64,000 nucleotides of DNA from an uncultured Pelagibacteraceae bacterium (lineage in GTDB: Bacteria > Pseudomonadota > Alphaproteobacteria > Pelagibacterales > Pelagibacteraceae). Made by a program: the position numbers and the translations under genes. The stretch lies in the NCBI GenBank assembly GCA_902514695.1, contig CABXRR010000002.1, positions 1,237-65,236 on the forward strand. The letters run 5' to 3'. Of this stretch, positions 1 to 7,939 are shown one piece after another (position 1 is the first letter of the stretch; each line of letters starts with the position of its first letter). The notes beneath the pieces were generated by a model. The model searched no databases, was not told the origin of the DNA, and saw only the letters and a program-made list of their open reading frames with translations.

Positions 1-866
1 AATGACATCAAGAAGTTAAAAGTAATACCACTAAGTGTAGTAGGGGTTACGTATATGTTTGTAGCTGTCCAGTATGTTACACCTTCCATTCCATATTCAG
101 GTCCAAGATCAAATATCGGTATATTACATGCCGCATAAAATCCCCAGAAACCAGTATAAATTAAAAATAATCCAACTGTAACTAGCCAAGGGTTTCTTGG
201 TCCTATATTTCTTGGTTCACCACTAGATGAAAACTTACCAATTCTTGGTCCTAAAACCATAAGAACACCTAAAGCAAATCCACCCGCAATTGCGTGAATT
301 ACTCCTGACGCATAAGCATCATGGTATCCTAAAATTTTAAGCATCCATCCATCGAAGTGCCATCCCCAAGCAGCATCAATTACCCAAAAACAAGAACCTA
401 TAGCAATTGCTAAAATTCCAAATGCGAAGGTTGTTATTCTCTCAATAATTGCTCCTGAAACAATCGAAGCAGCTGTCCATGAGAATAGTAAGAAAGCAGC
501 CCAGAATACACCAGAGATATGATCTCCTAAGTTAATAGCCATGTATTCACTCGCAGCCGTATACCATCTAGCACTAAAAGTACTTTCATCGGTAATTAAA
601 GCTGTGCTTTCATTCATTATTGAAGGTGCAATTCCCGGTCCTGTTGGGAACGCCCAGTAAATCCACCAACCAAAGAAAAACCATGTTACTGTTACCAATG
701 GTATCAGCATAGTATTTTTCATAAGAGTATGTTGATGGTGTTTGTATCGAGAAGCCCCAACTTCATACATACAGAAACCAACGTGAATTAAAAACATTAG
801 TACCACTGTTACCCAGTAGTAAAATTCTGTAAATATGGTTGTAAGAGCACCTAACTGATCAGTCAT
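1..866 (-). CDS. amt: Amt-family ammonium/methylammonium transporter (3' end beyond window edge)
   Basis: Not in the ORF track. Manual translation from ATG at 866: MTDQLGALTTIFTEFYYWVTVVLMFLIHVGFCMYEVG...SWTAASIVSGAIIER...WGWHFDGW...YHDAYASGVIHAIAG...LGPRIGKF...GFWGFY, which are Amt signature motifs. RBS AGGAGAGAGAG at 870-880. Confidence 0.9.
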   Translation of the reverse strand, partial: MTDQLGALTTIFTEFYYWVTVVLMFLIHVGFCMYEVGASRYKHHQHTLMKNTMLIPLVTVTWFFFGWWIYWAFPTGPGIAPSIMNESTALITDESTFSARWYTAASEYMAINLGDHISGVFWAAFLLFSWTAASIVSGAIIERITTFAFGILAIAIGSCFWVIDAAWGWHFDGWMLKILGYHDAYASGVIHAIAGGFALGVLMVLGPRIGKFSSSGEPRNIGPRNPWLVTVGLFLIYTGFWGFYAACNIPIFDLGPEYGMEGVTYWTATNIYVTPTTLSGITFNFLMS

Positions 867-895
867 ATTCTCTCTCTCCTTATTTAGTTTTGAAA

Positions 896-924
896 ACCCT
901 ATAAAATTTAAGAGGGTGTGACAA
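896..924 (-). promoter_or_regulatory. Putative sigma70 promoter of amt (TTGTCA-17-TAGGGT) overlapped by an ACCCT-N12-AGGGT inverted repeat
   Basis: Minus-strand -35 at 924-919, exact 17-bp spacer, -10 at 901-896; inverted repeat arms at 896-900 and 913-917. Confidence 0.45.
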
Positions 925-938
925 ATGAAACAGTAATT

Positions 939-966
939 TAAAACCTAGTATTGACACTAGGTTTTA
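939..966 (-). terminator. Intrinsic terminator-like hairpin ending the mgs operon
   Basis: TAAAACCTAGT-attgac-ACTAGGTTTTA perfect 11-bp inverted repeat just downstream of the 994..1410 gene. Confidence 0.6.
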
Positions 967-993
967 AAATAAAATCAACTTTAGATTGTGTTA

Positions 994-1410
994 TTAGAAT
1001 TTTAAGTAAGCTTTTTTCAAATCAACAAGAGGATGTTTGGGAGACATTTGAAATTTAACTAATAACTCTCTTGCTATCATATCTCTATCTTGTTGATTGT
1101 CAGGTAGTTTAATAGATTTTGGAATTGTTACCCAACCATTTGCATTTCTACAAAACACTGCAGGTCTTCCTTCTTCATATCCCATATGAACATCTTCCAA
1201 CCAGTTTAAGTCATCCCATCCCATTGCCTCTACATATTTTTTGAGAAATGGAGTTATCTTTTTATAATCAGGGAGTAAATTTACATCATATCTATAACCG
1301 ATATGTTGGCCAATTAGTTTTTCTCTAGCAGTTTCTTTAAAAGTACCAAGCTTCATTTTTTTTTCTTTTTTTGGCTTACTTTTAACTTTTTTTGTTTTTT
1401 TCTTAGCCAC
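994..1410 (-). CDS. Conserved hypothetical protein at end of the mgs operon, Lys-rich N-terminus
   Basis: 138-aa ORF, GTG start with AGAGG RBS, 8 bp after the mgsC stop; no family recognised. Confidence 0.75.
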   Translation of the reverse strand: MAKKKTKKVKSKPKKEKKMKLGTFKETAREKLIGQHIGYRYDVNLLPDYKKITPFLKKYVEAMGWDDLNWLEDVHMGYEEGRPAVFCRNANGWVTIPKSIKLPDNQQDRDMIARELLVKFQMSPKHPLVDLKKAYLKF

Positions 1411-1418
1411 TGTTACCT

Positions 1419-2828
1419 CTATATTTTATGAAAGTTATCTACACCAACAGTGTAATTAGTTCCTGCTAACGGTACTTTAGCTAAAGCAGATGCTTCAGAT
1501 GTTAATGCAGCTAAATCTTCAGGCTCTAAAGAGTGAATATTTGTTTTACCACAAGCCCTTGCTAGAAGTTGAGCCTCTAAAGTCATTGAGTGTAAGTAAT
1601 TATATACTCTTAGCGCAGCATCATCAGGATTCAATCTTGCTCTTAATTTTGGATCTTGTGTTGCAACACCAACTGGACATCTTCCAGTATGACAGTGGTA
1701 ACACTCTCCCGCTTTCACACCCATTTCTTTTTCAAAATTTGCCTCAGGAATATCTTTATTACAATTTAATGCAATCATAGACCCAGTACCAATTGCAATT
1801 GCATCGGCACCTAATGCTAAAGCTTTTGCCATATCAGCACCATCTCTTACTCCACCAGCATAAATTAAAGTTACTTTACCAGTTTTACCAACATCATCTA
1901 TTGCTCTTCTTGCCTCTCTGATTGCGGCAATACCTGGAATACCTGTGTTTGCTGCAGCTATGTGAGGACCTGCTCCAGTAGAACCTTCCATTCCATCTAA
2001 GTAGATAGAGTCAGGATCACATTTTGCAGCCATACGAACATCATCATAAACTTTTGATGCTCCTAATTTTAATTGAATAGGCACTTTATTTTTTGTTAGC
2101 TGTCTTAATTCTTCAACCTTTAAAGCTAAGTCATCTGGACCTAACCAGTCAGGGTGTCTAGCGGGAGATCTTTGATCAATACCAGATGGTAATGATCTCA
2201 TTTCAGCAACTTGGTCAGTAACTTTCTGACCCATCAAATGTCCCCCCATTCCAACCTTTTGTCCTTGACCAATAAATACCTCAATACCATCTGCTAATTG
2301 AGCGTGATGAGGATTAAAACCATATCTTGATTGAATACATTGATAATACCATTTTTCAGAATATCTTCTTTCGTCAGGTATCATTCCACCTTCACCTGAG
2401 CATGTAGCGCTTCCAGCCATTGTTGCTCCTCTTGCTAAAGCTGTTTTAGCTTCATAAGATAATGCACCAAAACTCATACCAGTAATATAAACAGGAATGT
2501 CAAGTTCAATTGGGTTTTCACATCTAGGACCAATTACAGTTTTCGTTTCACATTTTTCTCTATAACCTTCAATTACAAATCTTGTAAGAGTACCAGGCAA
2601 GAAAACTAAATCATCAAAAGTAGGAATTTTTTTCATTAATGCCATTCCACGCATTCTGTATCTTCCTAATTGTGATTTAATATGAATATCGTCTATTACT
2701 TCAGGGGTAAAAATAGCATTATGTCCAAGTAAGCTTTTATTTCTTTTACCTTCTTCATGTGCATGAACATCTGCTTTTCCACCAACACCTTTAGCTTTTG
2801 ATTTCTTTTTTACTTTTCTTTTTGCCAT
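1419..2828 (-). CDS. mgsC: N-methylglutamate synthase subunit C (FMN-binding glutamate synthase domain, GlxD)
   Basis: GMSFGALS, SGEGG, GQGQKVGMGGHL, CYHCHTGRCPVGVATQ motifs; context with mgsAB and gmaS. Confidence 0.9.
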   Translation of the reverse strand: MAKRKVKKKSKAKGVGGKADVHAHEEGKRNKSLLGHNAIFTPEVIDDIHIKSQLGRYRMRGMALMKKIPTFDDLVFLPGTLTRFVIEGYREKCETKTVIGPRCENPIELDIPVYITGMSFGALSYEAKTALARGATMAGSATCSGEGGMIPDERRYSEKWYYQCIQSRYGFNPHHAQLADGIEVFIGQGQKVGMGGHLMGQKVTDQVAEMRSLPSGIDQRSPARHPDWLGPDDLALKVEELRQLTKNKVPIQLKLGASKVYDDVRMAAKCDPDSIYLDGMEGSTGAGPHIAAANTGIPGIAAIREARRAIDDVGKTGKVTLIYAGGVRDGADMAKALALGADAIAIGTGSMIALNCNKDIPEANFEKEMGVKAGECYHCHTGRCPVGVATQDPKLRARLNPDDAALRVYNYLHSMTLEAQLLARACGKTNIHSLEPEDLAALTSEASALAKVPLAGTNYTVGVDNFHKI

Positions 2829-3682
2829 TAGATTGCTCCTTTTTTCTCAGTAGGTTCTAAGTTGTCATAATTCCAAAGTTTTTTACCAGCTACTATTTTC
2901 TTCATTTTGCTAACATCAAAGTTTTCACCTATCTCTGCAACTTTTAATTTTCTCTTAAGCCAATCTTGGTCGCTCTTTGTAAGATCAGCGTCTACTGCAT
3001 CACTACCATATGATCCAATTTCTCCACCTACGAAAATTGTCCCATCGTACATAGAGTCCCCCAAATTAATACCAACATCACCTAAAATAATTATTCTACC
3101 TCTTTGCATCATAAAGCCTGTAAATGCACCGGCATCACCACCAATAATTATAGTGCCACCCTTCATATCGATTCCTGTTCTAGCACCAACACTTCCTTTA
3201 CAGATTAAATCTCCACCTCTAATCGCAGCACCAAAACATGATCCAGCATTTTTCTCAATCACTACTTTCCCTGCCATTAAATTTTCTGCACAAGACCAAC
3301 CAACCCTTCCATTGATTCTAACTATAGGTCCATCACATGAGCCCATTCCAAAATACCCTAAACTACCTTCAAAAATTAAATTTAATTTATTTAAAATTCC
3401 AACACCTAAACTGTGTTTTCCCTGTGGGTTTTTAATTACAATTGTTCCGTAACCTTCGCTCATCAAACTATCTATTTTTTTGTTAGCTTCTGCTGCAGTC
3501 ATATCTTTTACATCAAGATCTGTTCTTTTATTAAAATCCACATCATAAGTTCCAAAGTAATAAAAATTTTCAGCTTCATCAGGATTAAAAAACTTTTGTT
3601 GAGTTCTTCCTGTTAATACTTCGGTATGCATACCCATTGCTTGGGATTTTGTTTTCTTTTCAGTAGTTTTTAGATTTGCCAT
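2828..3682 (-). CDS. mgsB: N-methylglutamate synthase subunit B (GXGXG beta-helix, GlxC)
   Basis: Repeated GxxG glycine-rich beta-helix (GSVGARTGIDMKGG, GDAGAFTGFMMQRG). Confidence 0.88.
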   Translation of the reverse strand: MANLKTTEKKTKSQAMGMHTEVLTGRTQQKFFNPDEAENFYYFGTYDVDFNKRTDLDVKDMTAAEANKKIDSLMSEGYGTIVIKNPQGKHSLGVGILNKLNLIFEGSLGYFGMGSCDGPIVRINGRVGWSCAENLMAGKVVIEKNAGSCFGAAIRGGDLICKGSVGARTGIDMKGGTIIIGGDAGAFTGFMMQRGRIIILGDVGINLGDSMYDGTIFVGGEIGSYGSDAVDADLTKSDQDWLKRKLKVAEIGENFDVSKMKKIVAGKKLWNYDNLEPTEKKGAI

Positions 3683-4614
3683 ACTTTAACCTCCCCATCA
3701 AATGGATCATATGTGTCTATTTCTTGTGGTAAAATAGATCTTATTGCTATTTCCTCTGATCCCATTGCCACTAAATCATCTGACTCATAAAGAACTAAAG
3801 GTTTTGCAGCCATAGTATCTTTTGCCATTCCCAAAGAATCTTTTGTTGCTACAAAATAAGTAAACACACCATCTAAACCTGATAAAGATTCTTTCATACC
3901 TTCTTCTAAGCTAGCACCTTCTCTCATCTTTTGTGCAATATAAACAGCGATTAATTCTGAATCACATTCAGACATAAATCTCATTCCTTTATTTTCTAAA
4001 GCTCTTCTGTTATTCCAATAATTAGTTAATTGTCCATTATGTACAACTGATACATCACTAAATGGGTATCCCCAAAATGGGTGAGCAGATTTTATATCTA
4101 CTCCGGATTCAGTGGCCATTCTTGCATGACCTATTGCGTGAGTTCCAATTACTTTGTCTAAATTATATCTGTCACAAACCATTTTCGCATTTCCTAAATC
4201 TTTAATCACCTCCAAAGATTTTCCCATAGAAAGTATTTCAACTCCAGGAATACTCTCAATTTTTTGTGAAAATTCTAATAAATCTTTTTTATCATACTGA
4301 ACTTCATATCTTAAAGAATAGGGAAGAATCCTCTCTTCTTTTACAATTTTAGCACCCATTTCTGAAAGATAACTTTCAACAATTTTTTTTCTTTCATCAT
4401 ATACAGACACATCTTCAGCAATAGAAGAACTACCCTCACCAACGTTTTCTCCTACTTTAACTCTCATAATGAAATTTTTTCCTTCAGTATCACCATATAA
4501 AGCATAACCTGTTGAATCTTCACCTCTATGCTTTAAAGCTTGCAGCATTCCTTGCAATTCGAACCCAACCTTTGAAGATTTTCCTCTATGTATTAATCCC
4601 GCAATTCCGCACAT
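3670..4614 (-). CDS. mgsA: N-methylglutamate synthase subunit A (class II glutamine amidotransferase, GlxB)
   Basis: N-terminal MCGIAG (Ntn Cys), HRGEDSTG, GHARMATES, HNGQLTN, CDSE. Confidence 0.88.
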   Translation of the reverse strand: MCGIAGLIHRGKSSKVGFELQGMLQALKHRGEDSTGYALYGDTEGKNFIMRVKVGENVGEGSSSIAEDVSVYDERKKIVESYLSEMGAKIVKEERILPYSLRYEVQYDKKDLLEFSQKIESIPGVEILSMGKSLEVIKDLGNAKMVCDRYNLDKVIGTHAIGHARMATESGVDIKSAHPFWGYPFSDVSVVHNGQLTNYWNNRRALENKGMRFMSECDSELIAVYIAQKMREGASLEEGMKESLSGLDGVFTYFVATKDSLGMAKDTMAAKPLVLYESDDLVAMGSEEIAIRSILPQEIDTYDPFDGEVKVWQI

Positions 4615-4642
4615 ATCTTTCCCTCTCTCTAATTTTTAAAGT

Positions 4643-6112
4643 CTATGGTAGACAATCTAGATAGGTATCTAGATCCCATTGAGTTGTTGCACCTAAAAAT
4701 TTTTCCCATTCATCATTTTTATACCAATGAAATATTTTGTACATTTCGTCTGGCATTGCAGACTGAACAATTTTATCTTCAGATAATCTATCAAGTGCTT
4801 CACCTAAACTTAAAGGTAGTTTTTTAACATCTTTACCAGCTTTTTGAGCTTCATAAATATTTCTAGACTCAGGTTTACCAGGATCAATTTTATTTGTTAA
4901 TCCATCATCCATTGTTTTAAGTAACGCCGCACCCATTAAGTATGGGTTATGCATAGAGTCAACCGATCTATATTCAAATCTACCTGGAGCAGAAACTCTT
5001 AATCCACAAGTTCTATTTTGGTATCCCCAATCAGCATAAACTGGTGCCCAAAAACCTTGGTCCCACAACCTTCTATAAGAATTAACTGTTGAAGATCCAA
5101 TAGCTGTTAAAGCAGGTAGGTGTTTCATTATACCACCTATTGACATCAATCCTACTTTTCCAGGCAATTGCATATCTTTTGTATCCGGCATAAAAGTATT
5201 TGTTCCACCCTCAACATAAGTAAATACCTCTTCAACACCTGGCAGTGACTTATGTCCTAATTTGTTGACAACATCTTTTCCACCTTTCCACAATGACAAG
5301 TTGGTGTGACATCCGCTAGCCGAAACTCCCATGAATGGTTTTGTCATGAAACAAGCAATTAAACCATGTTCTCGAGCAACTTGTGCACAAATTTGTCTAT
5401 AAGTTGAAAGTCTATCAGCATTTCTTAAGACATCATCGTACATCCAGTTTAATTCTAATTGACCTGGCGCATCTTCATGGTCACCTTGAATCATATCAAG
5501 ACCCATTGCATTAGCATATTCAATCACTTTCATAAAAACTGGTCTTAATGACTCAAACTGATCTATGTGATAACAGAATGGTTTTGAAAAACCTTTACCA
5601 GTTGGTGTACCATCTTCATTCTTAGTTAACCACATCATTTCAGGCTCTGTACCAACTCTCATTTGATAACCATGTTTTTTTTTAAATTCTTCAGCAATTA
5701 TTCTTAAATTTCCTCTACAGTCAGAAGTTAAATGTCCACCTGGATTTTCTCTTTCTTCTCTGTTTCTAAAACAAGTACAAAAAACTCTTGCAACTCTTTT
5801 GTCCCAAGGTAATTGAACAAAAGTTTCAGGATCCGGTATACCAACTAATTCTTTTGCCTCTGGACCATATCCAATGTAATTATTATGACGATCTAAAAAT
5901 AAGTTTGCTGTTGCCCCATATACTAATTGAAATCCTTTTTCAGCAGTTCTTTCCCAATGATCTGCAGGAATTCCTTTACCAACCACTCTTCCAGTAACTG
6001 AAATGAATTGAAAATAGATATAAGTTATTCCTAACTCATTAATCTTATCTCTAACTTTTTTTACTAATTTTGCTCTTCCTGGTTGGTTAACGTGTTTTTC
6101 TAAATCTGTCAT
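4643..6112 (-). CDS. gmaS: Gamma-glutamylmethylamide synthetase (glutamine synthetase family, GlnT-like)
   Basis: GTEPEMMW, DHEDAPGQLE, FMTKPF..SASGCH, NSYRRL, FEYRSVD; directly upstream of mgsABC. Confidence 0.85.
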   Translation of the reverse strand: MTDLEKHVNQPGRAKLVKKVRDKINELGITYIYFQFISVTGRVVGKGIPADHWERTAEKGFQLVYGATANLFLDRHNNYIGYGPEAKELVGIPDPETFVQLPWDKRVARVFCTCFRNREERENPGGHLTSDCRGNLRIIAEEFKKKHGYQMRVGTEPEMMWLTKNEDGTPTGKGFSKPFCYHIDQFESLRPVFMKVIEYANAMGLDMIQGDHEDAPGQLELNWMYDDVLRNADRLSTYRQICAQVAREHGLIACFMTKPFMGVSASGCHTNLSLWKGGKDVVNKLGHKSLPGVEEVFTYVEGGTNTFMPDTKDMQLPGKVGLMSIGGIMKHLPALTAIGSSTVNSYRRLWDQGFWAPVYADWGYQNRTCGLRVSAPGRFEYRSVDSMHNPYLMGAALLKTMDDGLTNKIDPGKPESRNIYEAQKAGKDVKKLPLSLGEALDRLSEDKIVQSAMPDEMYKIFHWYKNDEWEKFLGATTQWDLDTYLDCLP

Positions 6113-6143
6113 AGTCCCCTCTGTTAAGAATTTTTAGTTCAAA

Positions 6144-6172
6144 AAGGTAACTGAAAAAAAAACGTCTGTCTA
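6144..6172 (-). promoter_or_regulatory. Putative internal sigma70 promoter of gmaS (TAGACA-17-TACCTT)
   Basis: -35 at 6172-6167, exact 17-bp spacer, -10 at 6149-6144, within the 70-bp gap upstream of gmaS. Confidence 0.4.
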
Positions 6173-6182
6173 CTTAGATAAA

Positions 6183-7508
6183 CTAACTCCAAGGAAACGG
6201 ACTGTTCGAAGTAGGGTGAAGCTCACCCTTCTCGTATCGGTTGAATCTAAAAGGTTTCAACAAGTCACTTTCTTGTCCTAAAATTTCTTTTGCCACTAAT
6301 TCTCCAACCCCAATCATTTTGTAACCATGATTGGCATCTGCAATCATATAAACATTTTCTAAAAATCTATCAAAGATAGGAAATGAGTCTGGTGTCATAC
6401 ATCCAAGACCACCTGATGGACCTTTTCGATATAAATCTGATTTTCCTTCAAATCTTTTTTGACAATGAGCTAAAGCAGAACACCACATGTCATTAAATTC
6501 TTCAGTTGTTTGATATTCAGGTGACTCAATTCCATATGGATCAACATTTACTTCATCAAAATGTTTATCCACTATGTAAGGAGAAGTTCCACCCTGAACA
6601 CCCAGCCCCTCAATATCAGGTTTATAATATATACCCCAAATTTTATCTGTTATTAATTTTTTTGTTTTATCAGAATATAATGGCGCAGTAGAATCAACGT
6701 GTATAACTGGTGGCTGCTTGCCATTGTTCATTTTTAAAAAGTCTGGTTCAACTCCTATTACTCCTTCTTGTAACATCCAATATGTCCACATATCAGTTGT
6801 ATGCATTTTACCATCTTTCCCTTTGATGTTTGCAGTTTTTGGAAGCTCCAGCATGTTCCAAAAATCTCTTGCCCAAGGACCAGCACCAATAACTACCTGT
6901 TCACAATCTATAGTACCTTTGTTTGTTTCAACTCCTGTAACAGCTTTACTATTACTGCCTCTTTTAAACCCATTAACTTTAACTCCTTTGAAAACTTGAA
7001 CACCGTTTGTGGTCGATTTATTTTCAAGAGCTTTAATAGAGTCTTTATTAAATGCATAACCACCTTTTTTTTCATGAAGAACAGAAGTGATTCCTTTCGC
7101 CTGCCAATCGTCAAACATACCCTTCATGTATTTCATACAATCTTTTTCACCTTCAATAAATTCGGAATCATAACCAATTGCTTTTTGTTGTTCATAAATT
7201 GTTGCAACATCTTCGTGCATTACTTCTGGAGATATTTGTAAATATCCAACAGCGTTATATTTAAAAGCTTTTGGATCACTTTCCCAAACTGAGACTGAAT
7301 GAGCCATTAATTCTCTCATTGCTGGTTGAAAATAATTATTTCTTACAACGCCACAAGCTATTCCACTCGCTCCAGCTGCTATATCTTTTTTTTCTAAAAC
7401 TACTATGTCACCTGGATTTTTATATGTTTCAGATAATTTCCACGCAGTGCTTAAACCGTGAATACCTCCACCAATTATTACTACTTTAGCTTTTGTCGGT
7501 AATGACAT
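6183..7508 (-). CDS. FAD-dependent amine oxidoreductase, N-methylglutamate dehydrogenase A / sarcosine oxidase beta-like (DAO family)
   Basis: IIGGGIHG FAD motif, GASGIACGVVRNNY, TPDSFP, NHGYKM; located in the methylamine cluster. Confidence 0.8.
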   Translation of the reverse strand: MSLPTKAKVVIIGGGIHGLSTAWKLSETYKNPGDIVVLEKKDIAAGASGIACGVVRNNYFQPAMRELMAHSVSVWESDPKAFKYNAVGYLQISPEVMHEDVATIYEQQKAIGYDSEFIEGEKDCMKYMKGMFDDWQAKGITSVLHEKKGGYAFNKDSIKALENKSTTNGVQVFKGVKVNGFKRGSNSKAVTGVETNKGTIDCEQVVIGAGPWARDFWNMLELPKTANIKGKDGKMHTTDMWTYWMLQEGVIGVEPDFLKMNNGKQPPVIHVDSTAPLYSDKTKKLITDKIWGIYYKPDIEGLGVQGGTSPYIVDKHFDEVNVDPYGIESPEYQTTEEFNDMWCSALAHCQKRFEGKSDLYRKGPSGGLGCMTPDSFPIFDRFLENVYMIADANHGYKMIGVGELVAKEILGQESDLLKPFRFNRYEKGELHPTSNSPFPWS

Positions 7509-7588
7509 ATTAACATCTTTATTTTTCGTGCGACGTAAATATATAATTTTTTATATATATAAAAAATATAAGTAATAATTATATAACT

Positions 7589-7939
7589 TTAAAAACTTAA
7601 ATGTTTAAGAGTTTCTAGATATTGATTGAACTCTTGTATAAAAGATTCACTTGGTTTGATATGTTTTTTTCTTTGATCTCCTGATGTTTTTTCCAGGAAA
7701 AAGAAGCCTTTTTCACAAGCTTCATTTATCATTAAAGCAGATTTTGGACGCGAAGTTTTAAATAATTTTGTTTTAAGTTCTTCAACAGTTAAATTTTCCT
7801 TATATTTATAAGCATGCATTACTAAAAGCATCATATGATAATGAGAAGGCGATTTCCTAAAAAAGTAATTGCTAGACATATGGGATAGTTTCATTTGATC
7901 TTCCCAAAACTCCAACAAATCTTTTGTAGTTTTAGCCAT
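7589..7939 (-). CDS. MarR-like winged-helix protein
   Basis: LTVEELK...SRPKSALMINEACEKGF...DQRKKHIKPS helix-turn-helix plus DxR wing motif; overlaps the tdm stop by 1 nt. Confidence 0.6.
   Translation of the reverse strand: MAKTTKDLLEFWEDQMKLSHMSSNYFFRKSPSHYHMMLLVMHAYKYKENLTVEELKTKLFKTSRPKSALMINEACEKGFFFLEKTSGDQRKKHIKPSESFIQEFNQYLETLKHLSF

Noticed and set aside
1419-6112. Call as ordinary GS/GOGAT (glnA, gltB)
   Set aside because: Split three-subunit architecture and linkage to tdm/tmoX indicate the N-methylglutamate pathway.
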